A stretch of DNA of 64,000 nt. It comes from a virus. Taxonomy: Duplodnaviria; Caudoviricetes. Numbering within the stretch: position 1 is the stretch's first letter; each line of letters begins with the position of its first letter. Position numbers and translations under genes: made by a program. The notes below the pieces were generated by a model. It was not told where the DNA came from, did no database searches, and was given only the letters and a program-made list of their open reading frames with translations. Location of the stretch: the IMG/VR virus record IMGVR_UViG_3300031993_000015; one strand, written 5' to 3'. This document shows, piece by piece, positions 45,535 to 55,252 of this stretch.

Positions 45535-47296
45535 GATATCTTCTTCCGATGAGCGCAAGCTGACGAACGCCATCGAAAGCGCTGCCATTCTGGCAAGCAA
45601 TGACGCATCCCGTGACAGGAACCAGCTCCTTGCGGATGAACTCAAGAAAGAGGGCGTGGATTCCCGTTTCGCAAAAGTGGCGTCCTGTGCTTTCAACAAG
45701 CGCGTCACTGTGCTGACCTTCAAGAAAACAGCCGACGAACATAAAGCAGATCCTTTCGAGCTGACGGATGGTGACAAAGTCCTGGAACTGATGACCGGTG
45801 AATCGCTGGAAAAGGCTGCGGCACTCACAGCGGCCGATTTCGAGATCACCGTTACCGGCGCTCCTATGCAGAAGGCGGCATCCGCCGAGGCTCCTGCCCG
45901 TGCCTGCTTTGAGGACACTGTGGACTACGACCGGCTGGTCAAGCACGTCGAGAATGTCATGACCAAGAACGCGGCCGCCATCTACGAGGTTCTTCAGAAG
46001 CAGCGCGATGTCGAATCCGTCGCCGAGTCTCTGAAGCAGGAACTGGCCGATCACTTTATCAAGGATGCCAGTGCTTCCTATGCGTTCTCCAGTCTGATCA
46101 ATCACTACGGCGACCGCTTCCAGAATGCCATCCAGGACAAGCTGCCTGAGCATACGGATTGGACAAAGACTGCGGCAGACGCAATTCTGTTCAATGATCC
46201 GGTCTTTGACAAGGCTGCCAAGATGATCGAGATGCACGAAGCCAATGAGAACCTGAAGGCGGTGCTCGACAAGTATGGCGAAGGTCTCACGGAGTTCTGC
46301 AAGTCGGCAGCCATGCTTGGAGATTTCATCCAGAAGGCAGAGTCCGGTTTCGTCAAGACAGCGGCACCCGGTATCGGTGACATCGTCATTGAAGGTGCAA
46401 AGGAACTTGCTCCGCTTCCACATGCTGCTGCCAGTTCCGCACTGGGTGCTGCAGATAATCTTATCAGCGGTGTTGGTAACACGGCTGGCAACGCTTTCTC
46501 CAATGCGTACGCTCTGTACCAGGCTGGTAACGCGGCACACATGGCTCCGAATGAAATTCTTGATGCGGACTTCCTTACGAAGGATCGCTACAGAGACCGT
46601 CTCCTGGGCTGGTCCGACATGACAGCAGATCCCCAGTTTGCCATGTATCCTGCAGAGCAGGTGTTCCTCGCCACACAGAAGGCGATGGACATGGACACCA
46701 CGCTGGAACGTCCGGACAAGCGCGAAGTGCTTCGCTCTTATGTGGCACAGCTCCTGGCGCAGAACAATCGTATGTCCACGGCTGATATTGCGGCTCTTGC
46801 CCAGACTCTCCGTGGTCTGTCCTCTGCCGATGAACACGGTGCCCAGCAGCTTGCAGTCAAGTCTGTCAAGGGCATGGATGAGACCCGCGCTCCTGAGATG
46901 CCGAATCTCAAGCCGGTCATCGAAGGCAAGCGCGATATCAAGGGTGAGGAACGTGCGAATGCTGCCTATGATGCAATCGGCGGCATGCGTGAAGAGTTCG
47001 AGAAGAACGTGGACAAGGCCAAAGAGTCTGAATCCAAGCAGCGTGACAACGTGCAGAAAGCACAGGAATCCGCTCAGCGTGCAGAGTCCGACAAGGCGAA
47101 GAACCGTATCGCGGCACAGAACGCCCGCAACAAATTCCTCACTGATGTCGCCGGCCTCCAGATCGGTGGTTACAACAGAGCCACAGGTCAGATCACATAC
47201 AGGACATCTGCTGGTGCTCGTATTGGACAGGACGTTGTTGACAACATCCTTTCCAATGCCGAAAAGGCCGGCCTCGTTCCTGCACTTCAGGCGTAA
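45524..47296 (+). CDS. Helical head-associated protein with many K-x-A motifs
   Basis: KKTAD, EKAAA, QKAAS, TKTAA, CKSAA, VKTAA. Confidence 0.55.
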   Translation: MENKISSSDERKLTNAIESAAILASNDASRDRNQLLADELKKEGVDSRFAKVASCAFNKRVTVLTFKKTADEHKADPFELTDGDKVLELMTGESLEKAAALTAADFEITVTGAPMQKAASAEAPARACFEDTVDYDRLVKHVENVMTKNAAAIYEVLQKQRDVESVAESLKQELADHFIKDASASYAFSSLINHYGDRFQNAIQDKLPEHTDWTKTAADAILFNDPVFDKAAKMIEMHEANENLKAVLDKYGEGLTEFCKSAAMLGDFIQKAESGFVKTAAPGIGDIVIEGAKELAPLPHAAASSALGAADNLISGVGNTAGNAFSNAYALYQAGNAAHMAPNEILDADFLTKDRYRDRLLGWSDMTADPQFAMYPAEQVFLATQKAMDMDTTLERPDKREVLRSYVAQLLAQNNRMSTADIAALAQTLRGLSSADEHGAQQLAVKSVKGMDETRAPEMPNLKPVIEGKRDIKGEERANAAYDAIGGMREEFEKNVDKAKESESKQRDNVQKAQESAQRAESDKAKNRIAAQNARNKFLTDVAGLQIGGYNRATGQITYRTSAGARIGQDVVDNILSNAEKAGLVPALQA

Positions 47297-47308
47297 GGAG
47301 TCTGCCCT

Positions 47309-48766
47309 ATGATGAAGAAAAGTTTCCTCCCTGAGTCCTTCAACTTCGATGTCCAGCCGGTAGAGATCATCGGCCTGGGCTCCAAAGGGCTTGACAAGAC
47401 GGCGATGGTGAAACGCGCCAGCGCGTTCGATGATGTCATCGACAAACTGGAGAAGAAAGCCAACCGCACGTATCTGCATGTCATCACGACCGGTGCATAT
47501 GAGCAGTACGGCCCGAACATGAACGGTGATGGCTGGAACGGTGAGTCCTTTGAACTCAAGTTCCCGCACCCGGAGAACATGTCGAAGAAAGCGATGGTTC
47601 TCGACGGCGGCCTGTCCAAGTATCACGATGATACATACATGAAGGACGGCGCTGTGTACCAGGAGCACCAGACTAAGACTGCCGGCGTGGATCCGTCCGG
47701 CGAAGTGGTCGCTGCCAGGTACAATCCGATGATGAAACGCGGCGAACTCATTATTGCCGTGGATACTGAGAAATGGGCGCCCAGGCTCCAGAAGAAAGCC
47801 AAGGGCGAGAACATCTATCTCAGCATCGGCGCATCTGTTCCTCACGACATTTGTACCATTTGCGGACGCCAGGCCAAGACAGCCAGTGAGCACTGCAGTC
47901 ACTTCAAGATGCACCGTGGCGAAGTCTATGACTGCGGCGTTCGCTCCTGCGTGATGAACGACCGGCCGGATTTCTATGACATCTCTGGTGTGAATGTGCC
48001 GGCCGACAAGATCGCGTTCGTTCTACAGGAAGTCGGTCACGGCGATAAGCTGACCAAGACCAGCTCCTTGCACGACATCATGCAGCAAGCGACACAGACA
48101 GTCGGTGTCCGTCCTCCGATGGTGCTCACGAAGGCTGCCATGATCCTGGGCAAGCTGGCCCGCATGGAGAAGCAGATCGAGGGTATCGTCGAGGGCGACA
48201 AGAAGCCTGATAAGGACGCTTTTGAACACGAAGATGACGCAGAGAAAGATTTTGAACTTGAAGTTCAAAATTATCCTGCCGATGAGGTGATCGACGGTGC
48301 GAACCGCAAGGGCATCCTGCTGACTCCAGGCATGCTGTTCCGTTTGCTTGGCAAGGAATGCTCTGATCCGGATAACGCGCTGAAGGACTGTGACGACGAA
48401 TCCTGTGGCGATCTGTCATGCATGATGCGTGAGCTGGAGGATGATGAGGATGTCAATGATGAGCTGCTGGACGGTTCTTTCGACCAGCATCCGCCTGTGG
48501 ATCTGAACCTCGACAGCATTCTGGAGAAGTTCGTTCCGATGTTCGGGATGACGGACCCCGCTGTCAATACACGGGTTATCCACATCACAATCGTCGGCGC
48601 TCCGAAACACGGTACTGTAGACAAGAAGGCGTCTCTGAATAAGTTCGCACAGGAAGCCCTGCGCAGGACCTATGCCAGATACCTCATCAGTTTTGCTGCT
48701 CAGAACAACGACAGCACCTGCATGAACGCCCTCATGAAAATAGCTGGAATCGGGAAACGCGGCTGA
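47309..48766 (+). CDS. Prohead (capsid maturation) protease with Zn-finger insert
   Basis: NMNGDGW, VYQEH, LSIGASVPHDICTICG..CSH, FYDISGVNVPADKIA; located upstream of scaffold and capsid genes. Confidence 0.72.
   Translation: MMKKSFLPESFNFDVQPVEIIGLGSKGLDKTAMVKRASAFDDVIDKLEKKANRTYLHVITTGAYEQYGPNMNGDGWNGESFELKFPHPENMSKKAMVLDGGLSKYHDDTYMKDGAVYQEHQTKTAGVDPSGEVVAARYNPMMKRGELIIAVDTEKWAPRLQKKAKGENIYLSIGASVPHDICTICGRQAKTASEHCSHFKMHRGEVYDCGVRSCVMNDRPDFYDISGVNVPADKIAFVLQEVGHGDKLTKTSSLHDIMQQATQTVGVRPPMVLTKAAMILGKLARMEKQIEGIVEGDKKPDKDAFEHEDDAEKDFELEVQNYPADEVIDGANRKGILLTPGMLFRLLGKECSDPDNALKDCDDESCGDLSCMMRELEDDEDVNDELLDGSFDQHPPVDLNLDSILEKFVPMFGMTDPAVNTRVIHITIVGAPKHGTVDKKASLNKFAQEALRRTYARYLISFAAQNNDSTCMNALMKIAGIGKRG
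48249..48271. repeat. Dispersed 23-bp palindrome, copy 4 (perfect, intragenic)
   Basis: ATTTTGAACTT-G-AAGTTCAAAAT. Confidence 0.85.
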
Positions 48767-48831
48767 TTACTTGCCGTGTTTTCATTTGATAGAACACCAA
48801 ACCCTGGATTACAACATAAAGGAATCCACTT

Positions 48832-49977
48832 ATGAGCAATCAACTCCAGACCAAGGCGAACCGCGTTGCCGAACTGCTCGCGCAGTACGGTCTCAACAAG
48901 GAAGCCAAACAGACTATCACGCACACCAATCTCCTGGCTCAGAACAATCTCGGTCGCGAGATGACCAATGAGATCCACGAGAACGAAGAAGGCGTCCAGG
49001 CCGATACCGAAGCGGCGGAGAACAAACCCACCGCCAAGATCGACGCCATCCCGAACGCCCAGAACCTGAACACCTCTGCGGAGCAGGCCCTCGCCAACAC
49101 CGGCAGCACAGTCGAGACCCAGGAATCCGACGGCTCCAGCGCCGAAATGCCTGCTGAACAGGCCAAGAGCGCTGCGGCCTTTGCCCAGGTCCTCAAGCAG
49201 ATTCAGGACAAGAAGGCTGCTGCGAAGAAGGAAGAAGATTCCTTCATCACAGCTACTGAAGTGTTCGCCAAGTGGGCGTCTCTCGGACCGCGCTCCACGC
49301 AGGCTGACATCGACGCCGCGACTGCTTCTCTCCAGAAGCTCGCCTCTGTCAACCCGGCCTTCACCGCGACTCGTGACAACATCATCGCCATGAAGAAGTA
49401 CGCGGAAGCGGAAGAACTCGCCGAAGCTGCTGACATCGCTCCCGAAGACGCCGCTGCGGCTCTCGACGCCGCTGTCGAAGCGAATCCGGAAATGGATGCC
49501 GAGATCCTCGACGAAGCCAACGGCGAAGCGGTTGCCGATCTGGCGGATGCTGAACAGGAAGTCGGCGAACTTACCGACGGCGCCCAGATGCTCGCTGACG
49601 GCGCTTCCCAGATCCTCGACGCCGATGTCACTCCCGACGACATCGCCGACGCTCTCGATACCGTCACCGAAATGGCTGACGAAATGGGCGTCGATCCCAT
49701 CGAACTCATCCAGGCTGCTGCTGAAGAAATCCAGCAGGGCGAAGAGCCCACTGAAGAAGACATGGCGAACGCCGAAGAACTCGTTGCGTTTGCTGAAGAG
49801 CAGGGCATGACCCCGGATGAACTCATTCAGGAAATCGCAGCTTCCATCGAAGCTGATGAAATGGGCGGAGAAGAGCCCGAAGCCACGGAAGAACCGATTG
49901 AGAAGGCAGCTTCGCTGCAGAAACAGTCGCACAGTCCCCGTGTGGCCTACGTGCTCGAACAGCTCAAGAACGCTTGA
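48832..49977 (+). CDS. Probable scaffolding/core protein
   Basis: Very acidic, Ala/Glu-rich, strong codon bias, multiple K-x-A motifs, between protease and capsid genes. Confidence 0.6.
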   Translation: MSNQLQTKANRVAELLAQYGLNKEAKQTITHTNLLAQNNLGREMTNEIHENEEGVQADTEAAENKPTAKIDAIPNAQNLNTSAEQALANTGSTVETQESDGSSAEMPAEQAKSAAAFAQVLKQIQDKKAAAKKEEDSFITATEVFAKWASLGPRSTQADIDAATASLQKLASVNPAFTATRDNIIAMKKYAEAEELAEAADIAPEDAAAALDAAVEANPEMDAEILDEANGEAVADLADAEQEVGELTDGAQMLADGASQILDADVTPDDIADALDTVTEMADEMGVDPIELIQAAAEEIQQGEEPTEEDMANAEELVAFAEEQGMTPDELIQEIAASIEADEMGGEEPEATEEPIEKAASLQKQSHSPRVAYVLEQLKNA

Positions 49978-49989
49978 GGAGACCCGCAC

Positions 49990-50427
49990 ATGGCAGAACA
50001 GGCAATGGAAAAGCTCGCATCTGAGCTGATTGAGCGCCTGGCCGCCGTGGAGACTGAGAACAAATCTCTGCGCAAGGCCAACGAAGATCTTCGCGCCCTG
50101 ACGCAGCAGATGTCCACAGTCAAGCAGGCTTCCCAGGAAATCAAGCAGGTCGATGAGGACCTGCTTGACTCCACCTGCAAGAACCTCGTGAAGAGCGGCG
50201 CTCTCCGTGAGGACCAGGTGGAACAGGCGAAAGCGATCTTCAAGACAGACATGAATGCCGGCCTGACTGTCATTCAAAGTCTTCTTGACGAGCACGCTCA
50301 AGTAAAGACTGCTGCGGAACAGGCTTCCCTCGCGGGTGGCACTGTCGTCCACATCAGTCAGAACACACAGCGCAGCCCGGAAGATGAGTGCATCGACCGC
50401 ATGCGCAAAACACTCGGCCTTCATTAA
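49990..50427 (+). CDS. Small coiled-coil scaffold-like protein
   Basis: MEKLAS, VKQAS, VKTAA. Confidence 0.55.
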   Translation: MAEQAMEKLASELIERLAAVETENKSLRKANEDLRALTQQMSTVKQASQEIKQVDEDLLDSTCKNLVKSGALREDQVEQAKAIFKTDMNAGLTVIQSLLDEHAQVKTAAEQASLAGGTVVHISQNTQRSPEDECIDRMRKTLGLH

Positions 50428-50448
50428 ACCTACATAGGAGTTACAACA

Positions 50449-51090
50449 ATGGCTGGCTTCACACGCACCAACTTCGATCAGCAGATCAACCACGCTGCTG
50501 TTCTGGCGCACGGAGCACACCCGAAGTATCGCGTCGAACACGACGGCGAACTCGATGCCTCCACGCCTGAGAAGAAACTCGCGAACTCCGCTATCAAGCA
50601 GGGTTCGGTGGTTCACCTGGATTCGACCACTGGCAAGTACAACATCGGCCTCGCCGCTGCTTCCAGCATCAACTTCCCGGTGCCCTTCATCTCCCTCAAG
50701 AACGCTTTCGATCCCGATGTGACCACCGGCGTCGAAGGTGACACCCAGACCGTCCAGATCTACGGTTCCACCAACACCTTCACTTTCCCGAACCCCCGTC
50801 GCTCCACGTTCAGCGCCGTCGGCGGCAAGATCACGGCCATTCCGTGCACCGCCGGCTACGAAATCGAAACGACCGAGTTTGTCGAAGGCACCTATGCGAT
50901 CAACGACGCGCTCACCGCTGCCAGCTCCACTGACATCGGCAAGCTCAAAGTCGCGACCGCCGTGCCGTTCAAGGCGTCCGGTTCCGTGCCGATCCTCGGC
51001 TTCGTCTCCCGCGTTCCTTACACGAACGACGCTTATCTCCAGAAGCGCATCGGGTTCTGGACCAACTTCATCCCGGCTGTCGGGGCCTAA
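50449..51090 (+). CDS. Probable head decoration/cement protein
   Basis: Beta-rich, strong codon bias, immediately upstream of the capsid gene. Confidence 0.5.
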   Translation: MAGFTRTNFDQQINHAAVLAHGAHPKYRVEHDGELDASTPEKKLANSAIKQGSVVHLDSTTGKYNIGLAAASSINFPVPFISLKNAFDPDVTTGVEGDTQTVQIYGSTNTFTFPNPRRSTFSAVGGKITAIPCTAGYEIETTEFVEGTYAINDALTAASSTDIGKLKVATAVPFKASGSVPILGFVSRVPYTNDAYLQKRIGFWTNFIPAVGA

Positions 51091-51108
51091 TCCAAGGAGG
51101 ACTTCACT

Positions 51109-52068
51109 ATGGCTTGGGATCAAATCAAAGTTGCTTCCGTTTCTGAAGACATCCGCGCAAAGTTCGCCACCGGCGACAAGGACATGTGCAAGCAGGGCAC
51201 ACTCGCTGCCAACGACTACTTCCGCACAGAAATCCGCTCCAACGGCATCCGTCGTCAGATCACTCCGCCTGTCCAGGTCACGAAGGACATGTTCGACCCG
51301 TCCGAGACCTCCGACATTCCGATCATCTACGCCGAGGTCGCTCCTCGCTCGTCCGGCGCCTACATGGTCTCCTTCGAGACTGGCCCGAAGAACGAGAACA
51401 TCTACGGCAACAAGATCCGCATCGAACTCAACCGCATCATGACCAAGAAGTACAGCATCGACAAGATCCGTCTCGATGCCTACAAGATGCCGCTGCTTGA
51501 GATCCTCGAAGACCTGCTCCTCAAAGACATCATGGATGTCGAGGACAACGTCACCATCGGTCTCGACAAGGACATCTGCGGTCCTCTGAACACGGTCAAC
51601 CCCTGGATGGGCTGCCGTCGCTATGTCACCTGCGGTGGCATCAGCCGCGAAGCTCTCGTGCACCTCAAGAAGGGCATGCCTGTGGCTCCTGGTCATCTCA
51701 TGACCAAGAAGTTCCTTATGAACGACCTCACCTACTTCGATCTCGGCGCTCTCGACCGTACCGAAGTCGGCGGCGACATGGCGCAGGAAATGTTCGTCAA
51801 CGGCGTCACCACCTCCAAGATCCAGGGCATCGACACGGTCGTCACCATCAAGACCGACCTCATCCCGACCAAGGAAGTGTTCATCTACACCGATCCGATG
51901 TACTACGGCGGCTTCTACGTCTACAACGACGTCACGATGGTCGTCGATGAAGTCGATGACATCTGGATGACCTTCTTCGCCCATGAGTGCGTCGGCGCCT
52001 CCGTGGCCAACAGCCCCGGCGTTGCCCGTGCATCCCTCACCGGCACCCTCGTCGATTGGGAAGGCTAA
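51109..52068 (+). CDS. Major capsid protein (HK97-like)
   Basis: 319 aa, very strong codon bias, AAGGAGG RBS, followed by a terminator; EIRSNGIRRQITPP, FAHECVGASVAN; IKVAS leader. Confidence 0.7.
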   Translation: MAWDQIKVASVSEDIRAKFATGDKDMCKQGTLAANDYFRTEIRSNGIRRQITPPVQVTKDMFDPSETSDIPIIYAEVAPRSSGAYMVSFETGPKNENIYGNKIRIELNRIMTKKYSIDKIRLDAYKMPLLEILEDLLLKDIMDVEDNVTIGLDKDICGPLNTVNPWMGCRRYVTCGGISREALVHLKKGMPVAPGHLMTKKFLMNDLTYFDLGALDRTEVGGDMAQEMFVNGVTTSKIQGIDTVVTIKTDLIPTKEVFIYTDPMYYGGFYVYNDVTMVVDEVDDIWMTFFAHECVGASVANSPGVARASLTGTLVDWEG

Positions 52069-52096
52069 TCCCTCTCACCAGTCCGCGACTGATTCT

Positions 52097-52125
52097 GGCT
52101 CCCTCTTCACGGAGGGGGCCTTTTT
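52097..52125 (+). terminator. Rho-independent terminator after the capsid gene
   Basis: GGCTCCCTCT-TCAC-GGAGGGGGCC followed by T5. Confidence 0.8.
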
Positions 52126-52173
52126 CATTGTATAGTAAGGATGTACAACCATCCTAACTGAAAGGAATTTAAT

Positions 52174-52977
52174 ATGACACCAATCGCAACCATTATCCAC
52201 AACCTTCTGAACAACAGCCGCATGGTGAACTGGACTGCCGAAAAGCAGACCTGGCTCGAAGCCAACGGCACAGCCGAAGTCCCATACGAAATCTGGTCTG
52301 CAGCCAACAAGGTGCAGCGCGAATCCATCAAGGCGGAAGTCACGAGCGGCTATGTCACACTGGAACTCCGCGTCATGAAACCCAATGGCTGCCAGGAAAT
52401 CATCCCATTCAGCCCAGTCGGCGATCTCAGCGTCGCGCCTGTCCAGACCACCCAGATCGTGCAGGCGAAAGTCGAGGAAGCGCCCAAGAAGGACGAGGCG
52501 CAGGAGAAGAACTACAAGGTTCTCGGCAATCATGTGGTCGTCGCCAACAGCAAGGGCATGGACGAGCTCTCCGGCAAATTCGGCATGAAGTCCCAGATCG
52601 TTGACCAGCCCGGCGTCGTCGAAGTCGGTGAAGACATGAAGGACGTTGTCAAATGGAGCGACGGCATGATTGAGGAAAAAGGCGGTCGCGGCTTCAACAA
52701 GAAGGCTGAGGCTGAAGAGCAGGAAGAAGCTCCTGCAGAGGAACCAGCCGAAGAGACTGCCGAGGAATCTGCTGAAGAGCAGGAAGAGGAAAAGACCGAA
52801 GAGGCAGTCGAGAAGGAAGTCAACGAGTTGCTTTCCGCTAAGAAATATGAAGAGGCACTTGAAGTTTTGACTGATTGGTTCGGCAAGAATCAGGTCACGT
52901 TCAAGGCGGCCGCTCTGCGTTACACCAAAACCTTCGAGGCAGTCGTCAAGAAGTTCAAACTCAGCAAGAAGGACTGA
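52174..52977 (+). CDS. Hypothetical protein with acidic linker
   Basis: AAAGGA RBS; EEAPAEEPAEE tract. Confidence 0.7.
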   Translation: MTPIATIIHNLLNNSRMVNWTAEKQTWLEANGTAEVPYEIWSAANKVQRESIKAEVTSGYVTLELRVMKPNGCQEIIPFSPVGDLSVAPVQTTQIVQAKVEEAPKKDEAQEKNYKVLGNHVVVANSKGMDELSGKFGMKSQIVDQPGVVEVGEDMKDVVKWSDGMIEEKGGRGFNKKAEAEEQEEAPAEEPAEETAEESAEEQEEEKTEEAVEKEVNELLSAKKYEEALEVLTDWFGKNQVTFKAAALRYTKTFEAVVKKFKLSKKD

Positions 52978-52980
52978 CAA

Positions 52981-53313
52981 ATGGCATCTTCCCTTTTCTA
53001 TGATCTGTACGGGCGCCTGCGCGGGGGACAGACGAGCAATCCTGTCGATGCGCCGATGCCGTATCAGATCAAATGCGTCACCAGCACGGAAGCCAGTACC
53101 GGCTACAAGACCGTGACGCGTTATACTCGTTTCAACGGAGACAACCAGCACAAGATCGGTATGTGGCGTGAGATCACAGTCTTCGACAACCAGGGCAACA
53201 TCACGGACTTCAAGCATGAGTTCACTGTGGACCTCTGGGCAAATGTCGAGGAAGAGACTGTGCGCTGGGTCCCGATCAACGAGTGCTGGGATTTCCCGGT
53301 CCAGAAGGATTGA
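52981..53313 (+). CDS. Hypothetical structural-region protein
   Basis: AAGGA RBS; packed operon. Confidence 0.65.
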   Translation: MASSLFYDLYGRLRGGQTSNPVDAPMPYQIKCVTSTEASTGYKTVTRYTRFNGDNQHKIGMWREITVFDNQGNITDFKHEFTVDLWANVEEETVRWVPINECWDFPVQKD

Positions 53314-53331
53314 AGCACAGGAGCGTGACAC

Positions 53332-53922
53332 ATGGACACTGTGAAAACACCATACATCATACAGCAGGGCAGGGTTCTGGCTCGTAGACCTGAAAAGGAC
53401 TATGAGACAACAGGCGCCAGTGAAGCCATCACGATTGCTTCTGTCAACGCGAATCTCACCTGCACACTCAATACAACCGCTCCATTTGTCGGCGTTGTAG
53501 ACAGCAACGGTATTCTCTGGCAACTGCCCAATCGTTGTGTCCAGTATGGTGAGTCCAGTGTCACGCTCAATCTCTCTGAAATCTACGAAACCAAACGCAT
53601 GATCTCCGTACCTGCTACGACAACAATCGCTCTGCAGGGCGGTGGATCCATGACATTCTCCCGCTACAAGGAATCCGATTCAGCCAGGGGCTTTGCCTGG
53701 AGAAACGGAACAGCCGCGATCTTCACAGATACGCTGGTTCCTGTAGCGGGTACCACTTTCTATACAGACCCACAGATGTCTGTCAGTGGCGGGACAACGA
53801 CAGCCTATGCAGCGCCGACAGCATCTGCATATCCAGGCGGCTGGAAAGCATTGTTCAGTGTTGTGCCAAAGCAGATCGCCTATGAGGTCATCAAGACTGG
53901 AACCTATGGTGAGAACCGCTAA
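53332..53922 (+). CDS. Hypothetical beta-rich protein carrying one copy of the fibre repeat
   Basis: FSRYKESDSARGFAWRNGTAAIFTD. Confidence 0.6.
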   Translation: MDTVKTPYIIQQGRVLARRPEKDYETTGASEAITIASVNANLTCTLNTTAPFVGVVDSNGILWQLPNRCVQYGESSVTLNLSEIYETKRMISVPATTTIALQGGGSMTFSRYKESDSARGFAWRNGTAAIFTDTLVPVAGTTFYTDPQMSVSGGTTTAYAAPTASAYPGGWKALFSVVPKQIAYEVIKTGTYGENR

Positions 53923-53948
53923 ACATATAACAGAGGACACATCCTATA

Positions 53949-54335
53949 ATGAACAATCTGACACTTGAAGAGATTGAAGCGCTGAGAGTAGCGCTTGCTC
54001 AGCCGCAGACATCCAATGCTGCAATCCTGATCTTTACAGGCATCATAGCCCTTTCAGGCTTCTTGTTTGTGATGTGGTGGATTCTCAGCATGAAACTGAA
54101 ACCAGTTGAAAAGCTGGAAACACAGATGTCCGAATTGACCAGCACTGTGAACGAGATGAAGAGCAACATGTGGTCAGAGTCTTCGCTCAACAACCTCGTC
54201 CAGCTCAAGCTCTTCCAGTATATCCAGACGCATGAGCAGAACTGCCCCTGCCGTAAGGCTCTCACCAACAAGGCAACGGCTCCTGCTCCATCTATCAACC
54301 CCAGTGTCACAAGCAACAACATCCCGATTCCGTGA
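53949..54335 (+). CDS. Single-TM plus coiled-coil protein (holin-like?)
   Basis: AAILIFTGIIALSGFLFVMWWIL followed by heptads. Confidence 0.4.
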   Translation: MNNLTLEEIEALRVALAQPQTSNAAILIFTGIIALSGFLFVMWWILSMKLKPVEKLETQMSELTSTVNEMKSNMWSESSLNNLVQLKLFQYIQTHEQNCPCRKALTNKATAPAPSINPSVTSNNIPIP

Positions 54336-54345
54336 GGTCTGAACT

Positions 54346-55251
54346 ATGGCCGACATCTGCTTGACTGAAAACATAGGCGGCCAGGGCGGTATTGCCGGCG
54401 GCGGTGGTAACGAGGGTCAGTCCTCCATCGTCAGCAACGGCATCGGCGCGAACTCCTACGGCTACCCGGTCCTGGAAACAGTGACCGGGGTTACGCATAC
54501 CTTCACAGTCCAGCTGACGAAGGACTATACCGGCGCGATTCCGCTGGACATGACAGGCATCACCAAGGTCGTGTTCGAAGCACGGCCTACGATGAACTCG
54601 TCTGCACGGAAGATACAGAAAGAGTGTACTTTCGATGCAGACGGAAAGGTCACGCTGGAGCTCGGACCGGATGAGGTGAACCACAATAATGGCGTCTGGT
54701 ACGGCGAGTTCAAGCTCTACGATGAGAACGATGTGTTGCGACACGACCACCGTGCCTACCTGTGTATCAGGAAGGGCATGGACGGCAGCAACGACAGCGA
54801 CCCGAACACGATCACCGCGATGGACGTTCGTCTGGCTATCATGGATGTGTCCCCGGAAGCCAACGTCCTGCTCGATGACCTGGAGTTCTCCGATGTCCAG
54901 ATCTACGCTGCCGTTCAGCGTTGCATTGACGAGTGGGAAGAGAAACCGCCAACGCTGCAGACGCACTTCAACTCCAAGAACTTCCCATTCCGCGAACATC
55001 TCATCAAGGGTGTCGTTGGCTATCTCATGCAGCAGATCGCCTATAAGTACACTCGCAACCGCATGCAGTATAATGCAGCTGGTCTTACTCTGGACACCAA
55101 TGACAAGGGACCGCAGTATGCAGCCCTTGCACAGGCTGCCAGAGGCGAGTGGATCCACTTTGTCGATATGAAGAAAGCTGAACTGAACATGGGCGAGTGC
55201 TATGGCGTGATCGACATTCCGCAGTTCGGCGGGCTCACCACCTGGTGGTAA
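54346..55251 (+). CDS. Probable head-tail adaptor/neck protein
   Basis: Ig-like N-terminal half, helical C-terminal half (DVRLAIMD...EFSDVQI...); gene order. Confidence 0.45.
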   Translation: MADICLTENIGGQGGIAGGGGNEGQSSIVSNGIGANSYGYPVLETVTGVTHTFTVQLTKDYTGAIPLDMTGITKVVFEARPTMNSSARKIQKECTFDADGKVTLELGPDEVNHNNGVWYGEFKLYDENDVLRHDHRAYLCIRKGMDGSNDSDPNTITAMDVRLAIMDVSPEANVLLDDLEFSDVQIYAAVQRCIDEWEEKPPTLQTHFNSKNFPFREHLIKGVVGYLMQQIAYKYTRNRMQYNAAGLTLDTNDKGPQYAALAQAARGEWIHFVDMKKAELNMGECYGVIDIPQFGGLTTWW

Positions 55252-55252
55252 C

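Noticed and set aside
48700-51984. Very long minus-strand ORFs (1094 aa here; also 45503-47914, 42400-44436, 21297-23177, 36012-37859, 28176-29786)
   Set aside because: Antisense shadows of strongly codon-biased + strand genes; no recognisable motifs and they span several real genes.
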